Of a DNA stretch of 64,000 bases, positions 37,561 through 50,388 are shown one piece after another. A program made the translations under genes and the position numbers. The DNA is from Rhizaria sp. SCN 62-66. Taxonomy: Eukaryota. The notes under the pieces were generated by a model, which was not told where the DNA came from, made no database searches, and was given only the letters and a program-made list of their open reading frames with translations. The stretch's first letter is position 1; each line of letters opens with the position of its first letter. The DNA lies in contig MEDY01000104.1 in the NCBI GenBank assembly GCA_001724265.1, positions 1-64,000 on the forward strand. The letters run 5' to 3'.

Positions 37561-40500
37561 GTTGGTGATGCTCTCGCGCCCGCACTCGCGCGCGCACTCA
37601 CAGGCTGACGGCTCCTTCGCAATCCCCCAGCAGCAGCAGCAGCAGCAGCAGCAAGGTTCCCCTCAATCTTCGCTCGTGCAGCCGTAGCCTCTGTCGCAGA
37701 CGCCGTCGCACGTTGTATTGGCGCCGTTTCCCATGCGCGCACAGTCATTGTTGGGCGCACCTCCTGGTGGTTTCGCCGCCGCGCTGCATGCGGGGCTAGC
37801 GGAACACGTGGAACTCGTGAGTGTGCGTGCTCATAGCGCCAATCCTAACAGCAGCAGCAGCACCGGTGCGAGCGCGAGTAACGAGTGTGGCGCTGCGAAC
37901 GGTGATGCTGCTGATGGCAGCTGCGCGACTGACGAGTCGAAGTCGCCCCTTGAGAGCGTGACTGATGAGGCCGTCGATAAGGTCGCAAGCACTGCAGCCG
38001 CTGCAACTGAGGTGATCATCGCAGCGGCTGCGAGCGCGGCGACGGCGCCACTAGCATCGCTGCTACAACAACTCTCGTCCCCTGTTGCCTCCGCCCCTGC
38101 TGCTGCTAACAATGCTCTCGAGTCTCATAGCAACACGGTCACATCCGCTGCTGTTGCTGCTGCTCAGACTGACGCTGCTGTCGCGGCTGCTAAAAGCGAC
38201 GCCGAGTTTGAGAGCCACGCTCGCACCGCTGTTCTGGGCTGGCTTAACGACTCTGCACGCGCTGTCTTCACCTCGAGTCCAAGTACCTCTGGTGTAAGTA
38301 ACTCTGGTCTAAGTGCCCCCTTAGACGCGATGGCGACCGTGTTCGGCTCTGCGACAACAGGACTCGCTGGCCCAGGTGCTGATTTAGATGTGCTAATCAC
38401 ACTGCCTTACCCGAATACCGCCACGCCCAACAGCAGCAGCGGCAGTGTTGGTGACAGTCAGAGCCGCAATAGCATCCGCAGCCAGCAGAAGCGTCTGCAG
38501 CAGCTGCAACAGCACCAGGTTCCTCTCGTCACTGGCTCGGAGTCTGAATCTGAATCTGAATCACAGTCACTGTCTGGCTCTGAATCTGACTCTGAACACG
38601 TGTCAACCGACATTAACTCAGAGTCAGCGTCTGCTCCCAGTCAAAATCACTGTGCAAGCAGTGCAAGCGGCGGTTTCACTCGCCAGTCCTCGCTGTCGCG
38701 CCAGTGGCTGCGACTGGCCCGTGTGCAGGCGCGCGCTATTGCCAAGGCCCACACTGCGATCACGTCGCACACACACGCTCTATCCCTCTCCCAGTCGCAG
38801 TTACTCTCGCAAGCACAGCCGCATACTCGGCAGTCAAATGACTCGCCGGCGCATACCCACCACCACCACCACCACCAGCAGCAGCAGCGTCGGTTTGGCG
38901 GTTCTGGCCGTGAACGCGCTGCATTGGCCTCACTAACGCGCGTCATCACCGCTGCCGCTGCCTCGGCTGCTGCGGTGGACGCAAGCGCATCTGCCGCCTC
39001 TGCCAAGTTCGCTGGCCCCGGCTTCGCTGCCTCGGCCGCGGCGGCTGAAGACGCTTTGGCCGCCGCCGAAGCCACCGTCGCGGCAGCAACCGCCCCCGCT
39101 CAGCCGCAGCCGCAACAACAACAGCAGAGCAACACTGCTGCGAGTACTGCTGCTGTTAGCGCTGCTGCTGCTGCTGCTGCTGCTGTTGCGGGTGTGCGTG
39201 CAAGTGCTGCTGCTGCGGGGGTGACCGTGAGCGGTGTCAAGGTGCTCCCGCTAGCCCGCGTTCCCGTCCTCAAGCTCGAACTCACAGTTACCTTGCCAGT
39301 CAACAATAACAATGCGAACGACGACAACGTTGATGCTCATGCTGTTGCTGTTACGAAGGAGGTTATGTGTGATATTTCGTTTGCACACGCTCTGCCCCCG
39401 CTGCTCAGCCGACGCCGCCATCGCCCGCAGTCACCGCTCACCTCACAGCCACAGACACAGACGCGCACGCTGCCGGTGTGGTCGTGGCAAGCGGCCGAGT
39501 GCGGCGACTCTCCTCGCACTGGCAGCGCCGCGAATGCTGTCGACGCGGACGTTGACACTGCGGATACCGCGCACCCGCCCCCATCTAAGGGGCCCCTCGC
39601 CCGGTTTAAGGACCACTCAGCCATGTCTAAGGGGGGCCGGATGCGTGATCTCGGTGATATGGACTCTGACCCTTTGTTGGCCGCTGCCCTGATGGCGCTA
39701 CCGTGCTTCCCCGCTATCGTGCTCGCCTACAGCCGCTCGTTGACTCCCTCAGGTGCGGCTGTCGCGAAGCAAGCAAGGGCGCTGGCATCGTCTTGCTCCA
39801 GCAGCGCGTGTGCTAATGTGACTCGCTCCAGTGCAGCTGCTACTGAAACGGCTGCTGCTGAAATGGCTGTGGAGTGGCCTGCTGTGCTGGCCCGCCCCGC
39901 CGCGTTGCTCTCTGCCCTCCCCTGCAGCTGCAGCGACAACCCCCAGTCTTCTCTCTCACAGTTACTCCCGCAACCGCAGTCGCAGCAAGTTGTGCGATCT
40001 CAGCGCATGTCGGCGTTATCCGAGACCTTGCCCCTCTCCGCACGCGCACTGCTCCGCGCTCTCCGCAGCGCAGGCCGCAGCGGCCACCACGGTGCCGCCG
40101 CGGCGGGCGTCACGCGCGCTCTCCTGCGGCTGCTGCCGGCGCTGCGGCCGCTGACTGCGCTGTTCAAGGCGCTGCTCGCCTCGGCGCGGCTTAACATCGC
40201 AGCGATGGGCGGCTTGACTTCGTACACGGCCGTCGTTCTCTGCGCGGCGTTCCTCCTCCGGCGCAACTATTACAATAACAACGACGACAACACTGATGCT
40301 GATGCCGAAGCTGATGCTGACGATGTGGGAGTGTTGTTTGTGGAGTTTTTGTACTTTTACGGCCACTGCTTCGATCCCCGCAGCACTGGCGTTGCGCTGC
40401 AAGTGCCTGGCGCCTTCTACCCACTCTCTTACACAGCAGCTCAACCCACGCAACCCCAGCCTCAGCCGCAGGCGCAGGCGCAGCTGCCGCAGCAGCTGCG

Positions 40501-40801
40501 CTGTGGGGGTGGCACTCCGTCACCTTCGCAGTCCCCTGCTCCCGGCGGCGAAACTACCTCGACTACCGCTACGAGCAAACAACAACAGCAGCAGCTTCAG
40601 CAGCAGCAGTCTAGTTTGCCGCAGTACTTGCGTCTGGCTCTCGTGGTCCACGACCCCGTGTTCGGTGCGCAAGTCACGTCGCACGCGGTGCACGCATTCC
40701 CACGCGTCCAGGCCGCCTGCCGCGCCGCGCTCGCTGCGCTGCTGCAGCAGCCGCCTCCGGTCAGCGGAGCGCCAACGCAAACGCACCCGCAGCAGCAGTA
40801 A
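24536..40801 (+). CDS. Giant single-exon protein (~5421 aa): N-terminal TM helix, MORN repeats, long Q/S/A/N-rich region and C-terminal Trf4/TENT4-type non-canonical poly(A) polymerase; in-frame TAG at 35489-35491 and 37685-37687
   Basis: Three track ORFs (24470-35491, 35492-37687, 37718-40801) share one frame and are separated only by single TAGs. MORN-like: YRGS…GLPHGWGRLNFPDGSIYAGPFAHGRFHGRG. NTase: VFGSATTGLAGPGADLDVLI, ARVPVLKL, CDISF, GGLTSY. PAP-associated: GVLFVEFLYFYGHCFDP and LVVHDP. Ends in TAA. Confidence 0.75.
26141..26190 (+). repeat. 15-bp-period minisatellite (STAAGTACCTCTGGT), ~3.3 copies, in coding frame (STSGV)n
   Basis: ctaagtacctctggt gtaagtacctcaggc gtaagtacctctggt ctaag read directly. 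Confidence 0.85.
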
Positions 40802-42239
40802 AAGCAGCAGTAAGCAAGTAAGGCAGCAACAGTGACAACAGCAACGAGGAATCGGAACGCGGTTTTGAGGTTGTAAAGATGTGTGAGATAATATCAGCAT
40901 CTCTTATGCGCGACAATCAGTAACAGAGCTTGTTAAGGCGCTCTTGTTGTCGCCGCCAGTGAGCTCTGTTGTCTCCACATCTTGTCAAGCTGCTGTTGTT
41001 GTTGCTTTTGCTCTGCTGCCACATAATACGTTTATATATCTCTCTTTTCTTTTTTTCTTTCTTTTTGTAATGTCTGTGTCATTGGGACGCGTCATTCGGT
41101 GCTTTTTCTTCTTTTTTTCTCATCATATCGATGTTTTGTTTCTTTAACATCCAAATAACAAACCAAGCAAAGCAGTCAGTCTGCTTATGGTTGTTTGTTA
41201 ACAACTCTCTCTCATTTCGTAATCACTTTGTCTGACCCTCACTCTCTCTTGATCTCTCTCATACCTCGCATCGCTCGATTCTTTAAATTTTATTTGTTTT
41301 GTGTTGTAAACTGTTCTTCATAATGTCATGCTTTCCTGTCTGTGCTTGTGATGTTATTTGTACATTGCAGCCGTCGCAAAAGAAGCAATAGCTCTCTGTT
41401 GTGTGTGTGTCTTTTGTCGTGTTAATTCGCCGTGTGCTGTTTATGTTTTCCGCTCAATATTCTACGTGTGTGTTGTTTGCGTTGTGGACTGTGTAGTGTG
41501 GCTGTGGCGATGAGAGGAATGTTGAAGCGCAGAAGCTCATGTCTCCTTTAAACTGCCTTGTTTAACGCTCTCGGTCTCTTCCGTTGTGTTTGATTGCATT
41601 GCACTCTTTGTGTAACAACGAAACAACTTACCAGTGCAACCGCACTCGTTTTCTCTTTTTGAGCACCTCAACATAACACACTCGCGAATGTCACTTTCTG
41701 TGTTCCTTTTTGCACTACATCAACAGCTCTCTTACTCCTTTCTTTGCTCCGGTTATCGTAAGCACTCGCTCAGAATAGCTTGTCATAGTCTATGAATACA
41801 CTGTCTTCTTAAGAGTCATCATGCTGAGATACATTTGATATAGCTATATCGGTATATTCGTGGCTAGTGTATTATATTATCTTATATTTACTTTTGTAAT
41901 TTCTTTGTTTTGTTTTTCGATTGTTTTAGTGCGCACACTTGTGTCTCTCTTTGTCGCAAAAGCAAAGAGACGTTGTGATGCGTGCCTTGTTCTTATCTTA
42001 CGACGTAAAATGACGAACGAAAGAAACTCACTACGACTATAATACAGGGGTGTAAAACTATTGTAACTCATCATTTTTCTTTCACGACGACGACGTCAAC
42101 TGTGCTGGCTAACGTCTAATACATCAATCGAACTCATCCTCGCATACATACAAGCTTAAGCTTCGACGCAGCTTCTGTGATTCGATAGACACAGAGCTAA
42201 TATTGAACTAGGTTAAGTACGGACGTTGCATTTCATAAT

Positions 42240-43441
42240 TTAGAGCTCCTCGTCAATATTCTCCTCCTCAGCCGCAGCGTGGCCGCCGCAGCAGCCGTGG
42301 CCGTGAGCTGCAGAGTGACCGTGAGCGGCCGTCTCCTCACCCTCATCATCATCAGAGGCAAACGGATCACGCTCAGGGAAATCCCCCACCGTCACAAACT
42401 GCGGCGCGACGAAGCTTCCGTAGTTCCTGCCAGCGTCGAAATACCGGACGCCCTTCGCAGAGCCGTCGTTGCGGCCGACGGGCTCATCGAACTTGACGCC
42501 GATGAACACCTGGGGCAGGTCGACGCTGCCGTCGAGGTTCGTGATCGGCTTGCGGTCGGTGTGGCCGATATACGCGACAACACCGCGGCGCGCGCCCGGG
42601 TGCACCTCGCAGCGCTGGCCGACCTCAAACCGCTTCTGGACGTCCTCGAGGCGCTCCATGGGGCCGCGTGCGGCGCGACGGGCCTGTGCGGCCTCGCGCT
42701 CCTTGCGCACCCACGGCGCGACCCAGTTCGGGTCCTTGGCCAGCTGCTCGGCCTTGAACTTGCGGTAGGTGTTAGGCAGCTTGTCGTAGTCCTCGTCCGA
42801 CATGCGGTAGCGCTCTACCTGGGAGACGTCGTCCAGCCCGCCGTTGCGCGCGAACGAGTCCGGGTCGTGGTCGATCACTTCGAGGACCTCGTGGTTGTTG
42901 GGACCGTACATGCCGAGCTTGGTGCCGTCCTCGAGGGTGACGCCGTGGAGGACGAGTTGCATAAACTCGGGCTTGGTGCCAGTGTGCGAGTAGACGCGGA
43001 ACTTGACGTCCTCGATGTCCGTGTCCACGTGGAACTGGATCTCAGCAAAGTTGCGCTGTATACCCATATCGAACAAATCATGTGAAGTAACATAGTGCGG
43101 GGATAGATGCATATGTGGAGGTTTAGGAGGTGAGAGTGGGTGGGAATGGGGATGCGACGTGGAGGGAACTGTTCGAGAAGTAACCGCCTCGGATTGTGCC
43201 ATACAAGGCACAAATGATCGTCAACAAGAGATATAACCGCGGATCGGTACATAAAATACTAATATACGGTCATATACGAAATTAATCACTCTGAGAAAGA
43301 GTTTAAAGCGTATGGGCGCGGGGTGTCGAGACGTACGCTGGTGAGGTTGTGCTTGAGGTCGAGAATGACGTATCCGTCCATCGTCTTGCGCTTTCCGTCC
43401 TCGACGTACTCGCGCAAATCAGTCTTCGTCATAGCGGCCAT
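42240..43441 (-). CDS. TBCB: Tubulin-folding cofactor B (~306 aa); exons 43441-43337 and 43055-42240
   Basis: Phase-0 intron (GTACGT...CAG) joins KHNLTS|RNFAEIQF. Ubiquitin-like N-terminal domain, VERYRMSDEDYDKLPNTYRKFK linker, CAP-Gly VGQRCEV…RRGVVAYIG…GVKFDEPVGRNDGS.KGVRYF…GDFPE. Ends DEEL-TAA. Confidence 0.93.
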
Positions 43442-43861
43442 GCTGTAAGCTGTCTGAAAAAGCGGGCAAGTAGTGCTTGCGTGCTGTCTTCGCACCGCAG
43501 CCACTAATAATAAACTCGTCCTCACTCTGCCCCTCGTTCAAACCTTGCCCAACGGTTTCTGCAGTGGCGCCTTTTTCGCGAACCATCGTCCTTGTCCGAC
43601 CAACTCGACTGACCGCTCTCGACTGGTTCCGTCCCGCAGATTGAGGCTCATGCATCCTAATATCCGTTGAATAGCACAAAATTTGTTTATGGCTTATATT
43701 TAAAACGTAAATGACTCATTTTTTTATTTATACTTTGTTTTGCTCTCCCTTCGCCATCCTCCTTCCTAGCTCTCGAAGCACCACCACTAGCCCGCGCTCT
43801 CTCCCCTCCCAGAGCCCGCTCGCTCCCCGCTCTCCAGCGCAGCTTTCCTCTTCAGCGCCGC

Positions 43862-45777
43862 ATGTCCGACTTCCTGAAGATGGTCAAGGCGTCCGCGCGC
43901 TTTGCCAAGCCCGCGGCGGCGCCCGTGGCGGCCACCGCGATCGCTGATGGCTCTGCCGCCTGGTCCCGGTCGGAAACGGCGAAGCTTCAGTCCCGTATCA
44001 AGACTCTTAAGGACGTCGAAACCAAGTCCAAGGTCGATTTCTTCGGACAGAACAAGACTGCGACGCCGCAGCAACAGTCTGCCAACAGCAAGGCTAAGGC
44101 TGATCCCAACAACGTCCTCGGCATTCCTGACTCTGACGAAGATGAAGACGACGACGATGATGATGAGGACTTTGATGAGGATGACGATGGCGATGTCGTA
44201 CGCGTTTCCACCAAGCGCTCCAAGATGTCCGGGTCCTCCTCTGCATCTGCGTCCGCTGAGACTGCCCTCTTGGCCGCCGCCCCTGCCCTGTCCCTGAAGC
44301 AGCTCATGGCTAAACACAGCATCTACGTCACCGGCTCCGACGTGCCCCCTCTCGTCGAGTCTTTCTCCGCCATGGAGCGGCGACTCAACATCCCCCGCCA
44401 CTTTTTGACGAATCTGGTTGCGCCCCTTGACTGCGGCGGCTTCGGCTTCACAGCCCCCACCCCAGTCCAGATGCAGACTGTGCCGGCGCTGCTGGCCCGG
44501 CGTGAAGTCCTCTCGTTCGCGCCCACGGGCTCCGGCAAGACTGTGGCGTTCGCGCTGCCGCTGCTCGCGCTGTTAGATAAGCCGCCTGCGAGGCACGAGC
44601 TCGAAGGGACCCGTTGGCGCCGGTCCGCGAAGGACGACGAAGCCTCGCTCACTCCTAAGACCAAAGCTGCAGCTGGAAACACCGCAACGGGCCTCTCTCT
44701 CATGGAAGACTCCTCCGACTCTGACCCTGATAGCAACGCTCATGATGACGATGATGACGATGATGAGAGTGAAGGTCAGACCTCTAAGTGTAAGGCTAGC
44801 AAGTCTGTTAAGACTATTCTCGCGACTGCGGCCGAGTTTTCTGGCCCCGACGGCGCCGCCGCCGCCCGCCGCCGCCTCGTCCGCGCCCTCACCGTCGCCG
44901 AGCGCTGGCAGGCTCGTCAAACTGCCGCCTCCCGCCGCCGCTGTGTCGCCGGCGGCGCGCGCCGCTCGGTGATGCCGTTCCGCGGCGTGGTCCTGGCCCC
45001 GACCCGCGAGCTGGTGGCTCAGATCGCGCGCGTGGTCCAGCGACTCGCCCGGGGCGCGCCGCGGCCGTGGCGCGTGGTCGAGCTGAGCACGACGGTGGAG
45101 GCGTCGCTGAAGCACCACGCGGCGGCGGCGGCGGACGCGAAGGTGGCGGAAGCGCTGGCGACCGCCAAGGCCCTCCTCTCGTCCCTCTCTGGCTCGAACT
45201 CGGACTCAGGCTCTGTCGCTCCTCGCGCTGGCGCTGGCGCTGGCGAGAGTAGTAAGAAGGACAAGAAGGACAAGAAGGGGAAAGCTGACACTGCTAAGAA
45301 TGCGGCTGCGACCGAGACCGCGACTGCGGTGGCTTTGACAGCGGCCGAGCTGGCGGCGGCGGTGGCGGCAGCTGACGCCGCGGCCGGCCTTGCCGACGCC
45401 GCCGCCGACGCCGACGGCTACCCTGCTTTGCCGCATGTCCTGGAATTCGCGGAGTTTGACGACGAGGTTGCGACCGAGGCCGCGGCGCGTATCAAGGCAG
45501 CCCGGAAGGCCGCGGTGAAGCAGCGGAAGGCTGAGAAGGCTGCCAAGAAGGCGCAGCGCAAGGGCACGGGCACTGACGCTGCTGGGGCTGGTGGTGATGA
45601 GGTCTCTGGTGAGAGTGACAGTGACGAAGAGGACGGCGAAGAGTCTGCCCTCTCCGACTCTGGCGACGACGGCAACAACGACGACGACGACGACGATGAC
45701 GCCAATGCTGATCCTGACTATGTGATGCGCCGTAAGCTCCTCACGCCCTCTGTCCTCCGCTCCATTTACACCGGCAA

Positions 45778-45857
<80 letters not shown>

Positions 45858-47254
45858 GCCACGGTCATAGTCACAGTGCGATCGCTGTGCGTAGTGACGC
45901 CGACGACGGCGCCTGCTTCGGCATCCGCCAAATCGTCGTCGCGACCCCCATGCGCTTGTTGCAAGCGCTCCAAGACACACACAGCGACCTCGCGCTCTGC
46001 CACGTCATCGTCTTCGACGAAGCAGACCGCCTGTTCGACATGGGCTTCCAAGAGCAGATGGCCCTGCTGCTGCGGCGCTGCTACAACCCCCGCGCGCTCC
46101 GCGTCCTTTGCTCCGCCACGCTGACCGCTGGCGTCGAAGCTCTGGCCCGGACCACGCTGCGTGACCCTGTCCGCGTCGTCGTCGGCGGCCGCAATGTCGC
46201 CCAGGCGCTCGTCACGCAAAAGCTAGTCTACGTGGGCAACCAGGACGGCAAGGACTTGGAGCTGCAGCGCATGATGCGTGAGGGGCTCAACGTACCGATG
46301 CTTATCTTCGTCCAGTCCAAGGAGCGCGCGGCCCAGCTGTTTGACGAACTGCGCCCGCTGCCGGTCCGCGCCGGCGCCATCCACGCAGACATGAGCCAGG
46401 GCGCGCGGCAGCAGGTGATGGACCGCTTCCGCGCAGGCAAGGTCTGGGTGCTTGTTTGCACTGACCTGCTCGCGCGAGGCATCGACTTCAAGCACGTCAA
46501 CTGCGTCGTTAACTACGACTTCCCCCAATCAACTGCGAGCTACATCCACCGTATCGGCCGCACCGGCCGCGCGGGCCGTCCAGGCGAAGCCATCACGTTC
46601 GTGACTGAGGAGGACCGCACGCTGCTGCGCCACATCGCTCACATCGTGCACGACTCGACGGTGGCGCAGAGCGTGGGTAAGTACGGCCGTGGGCAAGAGT
46701 ACGAGTCTCACATTCCGCAGTGGATGCTAGACCTGCCGCGGGCGTCGTCGCGCGCCGTCGCCTGGTTGGCCGAGAACGCGCCGGCCCGTGAGGACATCAA
46801 CACGGACGGCAAGAAGAAGCGCCGGGAGCGCAAGGATCACAAGAGGTCGGCGGCGGCGGCGGACGCGGCGGGCGCTGAGAGGCGACAAAACGCGTGGCTT
46901 GCGAAGAAGGGCTTCGACAAGTCCTCACACGCGTCCTCTGAGTCTGCGCCCTACAGCAACACCCACGGCAAGAGCGGCTACAACGGCAACGCGAGCAGGA
47001 ACGGCAAGGGCGGTGGCAGCTTCGGCAAGGAGGGCAAGAGTGGCGGCGGCGGCAACGGCAAGCGGTCTGGGGCCAACGCCGCGACGGTGGGCTCGTCTGG
47101 CCGCCGCGGCGTGCGCGTGCTGTCGCGCGGCGAGTCGGGCCGTGTCAAGACCGCGTTCGGCGTCAAGAAGGAGCGCAGTCCTGAGGAGCTCAAGCGGCTG
47201 AGGAAGAAGAAGGAGGACGGTATGCGCCGCCGCCGCAACTTGGAAGAGCAGTGA
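43862..47254 (+). CDS. DDX52: DEAD-box RNA helicase DDX52/ROK1-like (1130 aa) with large low-complexity insertions
   Basis: Q motif GFTAPTPVQ, APTGSGKT, LAPTREL, ATPMRL, DEAD, SAT, LIFVQSKERA, LARGIDFKHVNCVVNYDFP, HRIGRTGRAG. QKLVYVG and LIFVQSKERA are ROK1-type. Ends in TGA. Confidence 0.9.
45779..45856 (+). repeat. Perfect (AAC)26 microsatellite encoding poly-Asn inside the helicase domain
   Basis: Uninterrupted AAC run between motifs Ia and Ib. Confidence 0.95.
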
Positions 47255-48191
47255 TGTGAGGATGTGGAAACGGCTGTGAGCAGGAATGGCTGTGAGCAGC
47301 AGTGACAGAAAGCAATAACCGTTAGTCATAGCTTTGCGAGTGGAAGGACTGTTTCGATCAGTGTCGATAAATAGCTTTATGGTTGAAATTATAATGCGGA
47401 TATTAGTGTGTAGAAACAAGCACGTTATAATAATACAACAAAGATTCAACTCGTATCTCATATTTTCCGACTTTGTTCTAAAATGCTTAATCAAACTGAG
47501 ATCAGCCTGCTGGCATTGACACTGTTAGTGCATCGAACTGAAGGAATTATTCACTCTTGAATACAATCAACTCAAAGCTACGCGAAAAACAGCTGATATA
47601 TTGTAATACAACAAATGCTGATGAATGTATATGTTATTTTATTCTTTCAATTCGAGGTATCAGGGAATGTTCTTGACACAAAGTCTTGATGCACTAATAA
47701 AATGACGGCAGGCAGGTGCGTTGGGTTTAGAAGTGATAGATTGTATTTAGACTGTACGATATGTAATACTAGAAAAGAACAGAAATAGAGAGACAAAATT
47801 ACTCCATGTGATGTGTGAGTAAGCGTGTAAACAGTGAAAGCAAAAAGCATAGTGTTCCCTTCAACTTACTGTTAGTGACGCTTCCTATTATCACACAGCA
47901 ACAAAGAAGATTCAAAAACAAACACGAAGCTTGCATGCACAATGACTCAAAATGGAACAAAAAATCAAAGTGAAAATATAAAACAGAAAAGAAAAAGGGG
48001 GATGGGCACTCTGGATTAGGATTATGTAGACCAGTTTTTACCCACTCCTTGGAAGAAAGAAACAAACCAAAAACACAGAACAAAGAACAGAAAAAGAAGA
48101 AACTATTTACTGATACCAGGCATACCCACTCACTCACAGGTACTTGGACAGGGTACTTAGACCGTTAGGTACTTAGACTGTTGGGCACTAC

Positions 48192-49546
48192 TTAGAAGGT
48201 CTTGCGGAAGACGACCGAGGGCCCGTCCGACGCATACTCTTCCTTCGAAATGGCCATCGTCGCGAAAGACGCGAGTGCGGCGAGAATCGACCCGCCCGTC
48301 CAGGCCGAAAGGTGGCGCTCAGGAGGAGCCCAAATGCGCAGCTTAGCGTCACGGGGCGCCAAACGACGGACCTCTGAGAGGAGGCGGTCGCCGAACTTGG
48401 CGGTTAATGTGGCGCCGCCGGCCAACAGGACGTCTTGCCACAGAGCGCGGCGCACGTCGAGATCCGCCTTGGCCACGGCGGTGGCGAGCAGCTGGTGCAC
48501 GCCCGGGTACTCGAGACCCAGGAGTGCCGGCGAGAAGAGCGCTTCAGGAGCTCGGAACCGCTCAGAGCCGACCGTGATCGTGCTGCCATCGGGCAGAGCG
48601 TAGCGCGCGGCGGCGTCGTCATCCTCGGCCGCGCCGCGCTCCTCGCGGTCCGCGTCGAGCGCCAGATAGCCCAGCTTCTCCTTAATGTCGCGCACGACCT
48701 CGAGTTCCGCGGAAGTGTGGAACACGTGGCCTGCCTTGCGCAGCAGCAACTGCATGTGGCGCGTGACGTCGCGGCCGCCGATGTCGGAGCGCTGGATGGC
48801 ATGGGGAAGCGCGAAGCCCTCGAAGACGGGCACGGCGCTCGTCACGCCGTCACCGACGTCGAGCACGACGCCTGACGTGCGGCCAGAGGCGTAGAGCGAG
48901 AGGATGGATTGGAGCTGGACGAAGAGTGACGGCGCGCCAAACGTCTCGAAAAACACTTCGGCGGCGGCGGCACGGTGGGCGCGCGGGTTCAGCGCGGCCT
49001 CGGTTAGCAGAACGGGGTGCTGCTCCTCGCTCGCGCGCAGCTGCTGGTACGTATGCGCCCACAGGGCCGTCATATCGGCCCAGTCGGTGACGATGCCGTG
49101 CTCCATCGGCGTGTGCAGACGGCAGACGCCGCGGAGGTAAGTTGAGTCTTCGCCGACGAAGGCGGATTGCTGAGACGCGGCGGCGCCCGTGGCCATGACG
49201 CGTTCGTACTTCGGGCGGCCCACGCTACAGATAGAAGCGGAAACGTGGCGAGGATTATGATGAAAGCATTGCAGATGAAAGCATTACAAATGCAACAAAG
49301 CAGATGCGAAAGGAAGGGGAAAGAAAGCAAGAGTCCGTGAGGGTTTATGGCTTCATATATTTCGCGAGTTAAAAGCTGGGTGCGTGGTATATCAAGTGCT
49401 AAAGTTTGAATTGATCGCGGAAGTGCGCAGGTGATAACGTACTGTGTGGGGAAGACAAGTTTGGGCAGCTCAGTGCCGGCAAACCCGGCCTTGATGAAGC
49501 CAGTGCCATTGTCGATCACAATGGGCTGCAGGGTCTCCGAAGACAT
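48192..49546 (-). CDS. ARP1: Actin-related protein 1 (centractin, dynactin), ~378 aa; exons 49546-49443 and 49224-48192
   Basis: [18 protein letters not shown]; phase-2 intron (GTACGT...TAG) gives [80 protein letters not shown]-terminal RKTF-TAA is centractin-type. Confidence 0.93.
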
Positions 49547-50388
49547 CAAGGAAGCCCTGTAAGCGCGAGATACGGAAGCGAAAACACGTGGAAAATGTTG
49601 TAGTAAGATGGCAGAAGCAGATGATAAAAGGTCAGAGACGAGAGGCAGGGGTTATTGCAACGATGGCAGTGGCGAGAGCTCGGGTGGAACCGCGCGACAG
49701 ATCACGATGAAAAACGATGGGTAAACATGCAGATCAAGAAACAAAACAAAATGGGGCAACCACAATCCCATGCATTAAATACCAAAACATGTGCTAAATT
49801 CAATTAAACGGTGGTCTGAGCAAGCTCCAAGAGGTGAAAGTTGTGCTCCTTGTCTGCTCTGTCTGCTTCGAAGCTGTCGCACGCAGCGCTGCTGGCTGGG
49901 TTTTTTTGCGAACCAGACCGAGTTCGCTAGTCCTGTTGTTTGGCGCTGTGGTGGACGGAAATCAGGCATGAGATCCCATCTGTGGTGTTCCTGTTTTGCC
50001 GAGTAATAGCGCGTTTGGGGGTGACATTTCTTCTTTTTACTTGCCTTTTAAACCTCATCAGTTAACACTCTCTCTAACCTTGTATCCCCTTAACATCTTC
50101 TTTCCCTCTACATCCCTGCCGATCTCACCAACCCTTCATTACCGCCATCTCGTCCAGCACGCTCCCGTCGGATTCGGCGTCTCCCGCAACTGCACATCCA
50201 AGTAGCATCTCTTTTTTACTTCTTGCCGCGCGCTTTTTACGCGCCCCAAGCCCCCTCTCAAGGGCCTGTCCCCTCAGCAAGCCTCCGCAACAGCTCGCTC
50301 GCAGCCCGCTTCCGTCGCCCCGCTCGCCGCCTCAGCAGTCGCGCTCCCGTTCAGCGCCGCCGCCGCCGCTGCCGACGTCTCTCCGTGG

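Noticed and set aside
40900-42230. T/G-rich 1.3-kb stretch as a possible ncRNA or small gene
   Set aside because: Consistent with a long 3' UTR between convergent genes; no tRNA/snRNA structure recognised.
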